Positions 44,724 to 48,866 of a stretch of DNA of 48,866 nucleotides are shown one piece after another. This stretch comes from Pseudomonadota bacterium (GTDB lineage: Bacteria; Pseudomonadota; Gammaproteobacteria; Burkholderiales; JAJZQI01), in the NCBI GenBank assembly GCA_021847305.1, contig JAJZTZ010000002.1, positions 1 through 48,866 on the forward strand, in the 5' to 3' direction. The translations under genes and the position numbers were made by a program. Below the pieces are notes generated by a model that did not search any database, had not been told where the DNA came from, and saw only the letters and a program-made list of their open reading frames with translations. Numbering within the stretch: position 1 is the first letter of the stretch; the number at the start of each line of letters is the position of its first letter.

Positions 44724-47123
44724 GTGGCAGCTTCAAAATTGCAAATCGGCCGGTTTCATATTGTAAAAGTGCTGGGGGAGGGGACCCAGGGCAAGGTCTA
44801 TCTTGCCGATGACTCAAAACTGGGCCGCCAGGTTGCCATCAAAACGGTAAAGCTCGATCCTTCGCAAGAGCGTGAAAAGCAGATAAAAATACTGCTCGAT
44901 GAGGCTCGTATTGTCAGCCGGATGCAACATGCCAATATCGTCACCCTGTATGACGCCGGTGAAGATCAGAATGAACCCTACCTGGTTTTTGAATATGTTC
45001 CAGGCATGACTTTGTCGGAACGGATGCAGTGGGACGGTCTGGTGGAAAAAACACAGGCCGTAGAGCTGACCTTGCAGATCCTCGCCGGTGTTGCCTTTGC
45101 ACACAGCAAGGGGGTGGTGCACCGTGATCTGAAGCCTTCCAATATCATTCTGGATAGCAATAATGTTCCCCGGATCATGGATTTCGGCATTGCCCGTCAG
45201 GTGGAAAAGGGCGGTGGCAAAGTCTCGCTGATGGGGACGCCGCTTTATCTGGCGCCGGAAACAGTGGGTGAACGGATTGTCAGCCCGCGATCCGACGTGT
45301 TTTCTGTCGGGATGATTCTGTTTGAGATGCTGACGGGCCGCAATCCGGTGCGGGCGCCGACTCTGAAAGAGGTGCTGGAGCGGATCACCCGTCATGAGAT
45401 CCCCGCGCCATCGAGCCTTAATCCGGCGATTGATGAACGCCTCGACAGCATTGTGCTGCGTGCCTTGGCACGCAACGCTGACGATCGCTACCAGTCGGCC
45501 AGCCAGATGGCAGAGGCCCTGGAGGCGTACTTGCGGCCGGAGACGAATCAGGCGCAGTCGACCACAGGGCAAAGTACGCTCGACTTTCTGCTGCGGCGCA
45601 TGCGGCACAAAAGCGACTTTCCGGCGATTTCGCAATCCATTTCCGCGATCAATCAGATTGTTTCGTCCGACTCGGACAGTGTGGCCGATCTGTCCAACGT
45701 CATCCTGCGTGACTTTTCGCTCACCAACAAACTGCTCAAGCTGGTCAACACTGCCTTCTATGGCCAGTTCGGCGGCAGTATCAGCACCATTTCCCGCGCT
45801 ATCGTCATTCTCGGTTTCGACACCGTGCGCAATATCGCTGTAAGCCTGATGCTGTTCGAGCATTTGCAGAACAAGTCGCAGGCCCAGCAACTCAAGGATC
45901 AGGTCATTGCCACATTCTTCACTGGTCTGATCGGTCGTGAGCTGGCCATCCGCACGAAAATGCGCGATGTCGAAGAAGCGCTGATTTGTGCCATGTTTCA
46001 TAACCTCGGCAAGCTCCTGGCGACCTTTTATTTCCATGAAGAAGTCACCGAAATCGAGAAGCTTGTGGCTTCCGGAACGGAGGAAAACCGCGCAGTGCTT
46101 GAGGTGCTGGGTACCGGCTATCAGGAACTGGGAGTGGGGGTGGCGCGTACCTGGCATTTTCCGGACAAGATCATCACCAGTATGCGCGAAGTAACCGATG
46201 AGAAGGTCAAGGCGCCGCAGACCGACGCGGAAAAGCTGCGGGTCATCGCCGGTTTGTCCAAGTCGCTGGTCGGCGTTGCCGGCTACACCGACCCGCAGCA
46301 AAAGCATTTGCATGTGCAGGCTCTGGTCGGTCGTTATGGTGGGGCGCTTGGGGTAACCGACCGGACGCTGACTTCGGTGGTGGAAGAGTCCATGAACGAA
46401 TTCCGTCGCGAAGCCAGCGTGCTTGAGGTGAATGCTCAGGAGAGCATCTTCCTGGGCAAGGTAACCAAGTGGAGCGGCACGCGCCAGTCCATGGAGAGTG
46501 CGGCGGGGGGTAAAACGGCCGACACCTTGTCGGATACGCTGAAAAATACTGTGCTGGTGAGCGAGAGCGGTTTGGCCGATGCGACGGTCACGACCAACGG
46601 CATTCCGGACAACGCCCAGTCCGTGCTTGCGGCAGGCATTCAGGATATCACCAGTACTCTGGTTGATGACTATTCGCTGAATGACCTGTTGCGCATGATT
46701 CTTGAGACGATGTACCGTGGGATGAACTTTTCCCGTGTTGTCTTGTGCATCCGCGATGCCAAGCAGAACAGCATGAACGCGCGTTTCGGTTTTGGCAAAG
46801 ATATCGGCGCAATCATTCCGAAGTTCCGCTTTCCCCTCAGTGGTGCGCCCAATGTATTCCAGATTGCTCTGACGCAGGCGCTGGACATCCACATTGAAGA
46901 CATCAATGCGGCGAATATCCGCGATCGCATCCCGCAGTGGTATCGGGACGCGATCGACGCCAATTCATTCATCCTGTTTCCGTTGGTCATCGACAAAAAG
47001 CCGGTTGGAATGCTGTATGCGGATCGTCAGGGTAAAGAGGGTATGAGTATTCCGCAAAAAGAGTTGAGTTTGCTCAAAACTCTGCGCAATCAGGCTGTGC
47101 TGGCAATCAAGCAGAAAATGTAA
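44724..47123 (+). CDS. Hanks-type Ser/Thr protein kinase fused to HDOD and GAF domains, 799 aa
   Basis: GTG start. Kinase: GEGTQGKVY, VAIK, HRDLKPSNI, DFGIAR, GTPLYLAPE. HDOD-like: FPAISQSISAINQIVSSDSDSVADLSNVILRDFSLTNKLLKLVNTAFYG...ISRAIVILGFDTVRNIA...HNLGKL. C-terminal GAF-like: LNDLLRMILETMYRGMNFSRVVLCI...FPLVIDKKPVGMLYADR. No TM segment. Confidence 0.88.
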   Translation: MAASKLQIGRFHIVKVLGEGTQGKVYLADDSKLGRQVAIKTVKLDPSQEREKQIKILLDEARIVSRMQHANIVTLYDAGEDQNEPYLVFEYVPGMTLSERMQWDGLVEKTQAVELTLQILAGVAFAHSKGVVHRDLKPSNIILDSNNVPRIMDFGIARQVEKGGGKVSLMGTPLYLAPETVGERIVSPRSDVFSVGMILFEMLTGRNPVRAPTLKEVLERITRHEIPAPSSLNPAIDERLDSIVLRALARNADDRYQSASQMAEALEAYLRPETNQAQSTTGQSTLDFLLRRMRHKSDFPAISQSISAINQIVSSDSDSVADLSNVILRDFSLTNKLLKLVNTAFYGQFGGSISTISRAIVILGFDTVRNIAVSLMLFEHLQNKSQAQQLKDQVIATFFTGLIGRELAIRTKMRDVEEALICAMFHNLGKLLATFYFHEEVTEIEKLVASGTEENRAVLEVLGTGYQELGVGVARTWHFPDKIITSMREVTDEKVKAPQTDAEKLRVIAGLSKSLVGVAGYTDPQQKHLHVQALVGRYGGALGVTDRTLTSVVEESMNEFRREASVLEVNAQESIFLGKVTKWSGTRQSMESAAGGKTADTLSDTLKNTVLVSESGLADATVTTNGIPDNAQSVLAAGIQDITSTLVDDYSLNDLLRMILETMYRGMNFSRVVLCIRDAKQNSMNARFGFGKDIGAIIPKFRFPLSGAPNVFQIALTQALDIHIEDINAANIRDRIPQWYRDAIDANSFILFPLVIDKKPVGMLYADRQGKEGMSIPQKELSLLKTLRNQAVLAIKQKM

Positions 47124-47210
47124 CGCCGGTTAGTCGCTGCCGGTGCCGCCTGCAGATTTGGAGGCAAATTTACGGTATGATACGCGCTGTTTCCACCAAG
47201 TATCGCTTTC

Positions 47211-48176
47211 ATGAAGACTACATTTCTTGATTTCGAACAGCCCATTGCGGAGCTGGAAGGAAAAATCGAAGAACTGCGCTACGTGCAGGATGACTCGGCT
47301 CTGGATATTTCCGAGGAAATCGCCCGTTTGCAGAAAAAAAACGAAGAGCTGACCAAGGATATCTACAGCAAACTCACCGCCTGGCAGATTTCCCAGGTGG
47401 CGCGTCACCCGCAGCGGCCCTACACGCTTGATTACATTCAGGGCATGTTTACCGATTTCCACGAACTGCACGGTGATCGTGCCTATGCAGATGATCCTGC
47501 CATTGTCGGGGGGGTAGCCCGTTTTAATGGTCAGAGCGTGATGGTGATCGGCCACCAGAAGGGCCGCGATACCAAGGAAAAGATCTACCGCAATTTTGGT
47601 ATGCCGCGCCCGGAAGGGTATCGCAAGGCTTTGCGGCTCATGCGTCTGGCCGAGAAATTCAACTTGCCGATCATGACCTTCATCGACACACCCGGTGCTT
47701 ATCCCGGTATCGGCGCAGAAGAACGTGGCCAGTCCGAAGCCATCGCCCGCAATTTGTACGTCATGAGCGAACTCAAAGTGCCGGTTATCTGCACCATTAT
47801 CGGTGAAGGCGGTTCAGGTGGCGCTCTGGCAGTGGGGGTCGGCGATACAACCCTGATGCTGCAATACTCGACCTATTCAGTGATTTCACCGGAAGGCTGT
47901 GCTTCCATTCTGTGGAAGAGTGCCGCCAAGGCCGCCGATGCGGCCGAAACGCTCGGCATCACAGCGACTCGCCTGAAGAGCCTGGGGCTGATCGATAAAG
48001 TGGTCAGCGAACCGCTGGGCGGTGCTCAGCGCAATCCGGAAGCCATGATGCAAACGCTGAAGAAAGCACTCAACGATGCATTGCGCGCACTGGCTGACAA
48101 GCCTCGGGATGGATTGCTCGCGGCACGCTACGAGCGGCTGATGAGCTATGGCAAGTTCAAGGAAGCTGCAGTCTGA
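47211..48176 (+). CDS. accA: Acetyl-CoA carboxylase carboxyltransferase subunit alpha
   Basis: [23 protein letters not shown]..., the [46 protein letters not shown] core, and a 321-aa length. Confidence 0.97.
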   Translation: MKTTFLDFEQPIAELEGKIEELRYVQDDSALDISEEIARLQKKNEELTKDIYSKLTAWQISQVARHPQRPYTLDYIQGMFTDFHELHGDRAYADDPAIVGGVARFNGQSVMVIGHQKGRDTKEKIYRNFGMPRPEGYRKALRLMRLAEKFNLPIMTFIDTPGAYPGIGAEERGQSEAIARNLYVMSELKVPVICTIIGEGGSGGALAVGVGDTTLMLQYSTYSVISPEGCASILWKSAAKAADAAETLGITATRLKSLGLIDKVVSEPLGGAQRNPEAMMQTLKKALNDALRALADKPRDGLLAARYERLMSYGKFKEAAV

Positions 48177-48866
48177 TAGCCTTATTACCCCCTTGCTGGA
48201 GTCGTTGCGCCAGAATGGCGTAAACAGCCGGCATCAGGTCACTGTCGCCTTGTCTGGCGGCGTGGATTCAGTCGTGCTGCTGCATTTGGCCAGCCGGGCC
48301 GCTGGCCTGCTCGGTTTCCGTCTTTCCGCCATTCACGTCAACCATCAATTGCAAATCCAGGCAGATGCCTGGGTTTGCTTCTGTCAGCAGCTCTGTGACG
48401 ACCTGGGTGTTCCGCTGCACGTTTCTACTCCAAAGATCGTAAGGTCGGGTGGCGAAAGTCTGGAAGCAGTTGCCCGCAGCGCCCGTTATGCCGCTTTTGC
48501 GCACCACGCGACGGATTTTCTGCTGCTCGCGCACCATGCCGATGACCAGGCTGAAACCCTTCTGCTGCAGCTCTTGCGAGGTGCGGGGGTGGCAGGGTTG
48601 GCGGCTATGCCGGTGCGGCAGACGCATGGCGGGCAAGTCTGGTTAAGGCCGCTTTTAACCAGCACGCGGCAGGATATCGAGAACTACGCAAGAAAAAATA
48701 AACTGACCTGGGTTGAAGACCCGTCCAACCGCAATTGCAATTTCGATCGCAATTTTCTCCGTCAAAGCATCATGCCGCTGCTGCTGGAGCGTTTTCCCGC
48801 TGCGCGGCAGACCATCGGGCGCAGCGCACGCCACATGGCGGAAGCACAGGTTCTGCTGCAAAGCTA
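48148..48866 (+). CDS. tilS: tRNA(Ile)-lysidine synthase TilS, 5' part (runs off the window end)
   Basis: Not in the ORF track because no stop occurs before 48866. The frame with pos mod 3 = 1 reads ...[17 protein letters not shown] (PP-loop SGGxDS), ...[21 protein letters not shown], ...RPLL..TR.DIE.Y, ...WVEDPSN. Start uncertain: the ATG at 48148 overlaps accA by 29 nt; in-frame TTG codons at 48193 and 48205 are alternatives. Confidence 0.85.
   Translation, partial: MASSRKLQSDSLITPLLESLRQNGVNSRHQVTVALSGGVDSVVLLHLASRAAGLLGFRLSAIHVNHQLQIQADAWVCFCQQLCDDLGVPLHVSTPKIVRSGGESLEAVARSARYAAFAHHATDFLLLAHHADDQAETLLLQLLRGAGVAGLAAMPVRQTHGGQVWLRPLLTSTRQDIENYARKNKLTWVEDPSNRNCNFDRNFLRQSIMPLLLERFPAARQTIGRSARHMAEAQVLLQS

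Noticed and set aside
44814-46892. A 692-aa ORF antisense to the Ser/Thr kinase gene. Similar long antisense ORFs exist at 2851-3981 (lysS), 4414-5424 (prfB), 5619-7094 (recJ), 8375-9784 (EAL gene), 12250-13572 (kinase), 41367-42539 and 42630-43583 (mfd), 35582-36385 (fliC), 34657-35388 and 23603-24352.
   Set aside because: For the seven pairs whose coordinates I checked (44814-46892, 2851-3981, 4414-5424, 5619-7094, 8375-9784, 12250-13572, 41367-42539), plus 35582-36385 versus fliC, the antisense frame is in exact codon register with the sense gene. Antisense stops can then arise only from sense TTA, CTA or TCA codons, which these GC-biased genes avoid. The sense strands carry unmistakable family motifs. 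The antisense products are low-complexity (Ala/Gly/Val/Arg/His-rich) with no motifs. 42630-43583, 34657-35388 and 23603-24352 were rejected by analogy without a register check.
47130-47555. A 141-aa minus-strand ORF overlapping the accA 5' end.
   Set aside because: It overlaps the strongly supported accA gene on the opposite strand and has no motifs. It is treated as spurious.

Overview
This is a 48.9-kb chromosomal window from a Gram-negative genome, probably betaproteobacterial (inferred only from gene content and order). All family calls rest on motifs read from the translations; no searches were run. Housekeeping genes frame the window: prfB (with its classic +1 frameshift), a DUF486 gene, lysS, recJ, yjbQ, lolC-lolD, gltX, mfd-serB, accA and the start of tilS. 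Between them lie four accessory blocks. (1) Positions 1-2335 are an AT-richer patch holding YdeI-like, GyrI-like and exported hypothetical genes, followed by a dense cluster of ACACCTT/AAGGTGT palindromes. (2) Positions 8270-14349 are a four-gene, translationally coupled phosphorelay: membrane PAS histidine kinase, CheY-like regulator, REC-PAS-PAS hybrid kinase, then a REC-EAL c-di-GMP phosphodiesterase. No Hpt module is visible. (3) Positions 20378-35463 are about 15 kb of co-directional glycan genes inserted between gltX and the flagellar filament operon (sigma28 promoter, fliC, flaG, fliD, fliS, fliT). They comprise three TPR-glycosyltransferase fusions, a CDP-hexose pathway with a sugar C-methyltransferase and an acetyltransferase, and a 1637-aa five-module glycosyltransferase. 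(4) Positions 44724-47123 encode a cytoplasmic Ser/Thr kinase fused to HDOD and GAF domains. The best candidate for an undescribed system is block 3. It looks like a Maf-independent, nonulosonate-independent flagellin glycosylation island predicted to build a CDP-activated, C-methyl-branched, acetylated 6-deoxyhexose glycan on a short, Ser/Thr-rich flagellin. That function is inference and needs flagellin mass spectrometry and genetics. No tRNA, rRNA, CRISPR or recognisable transposase or integrase was seen.
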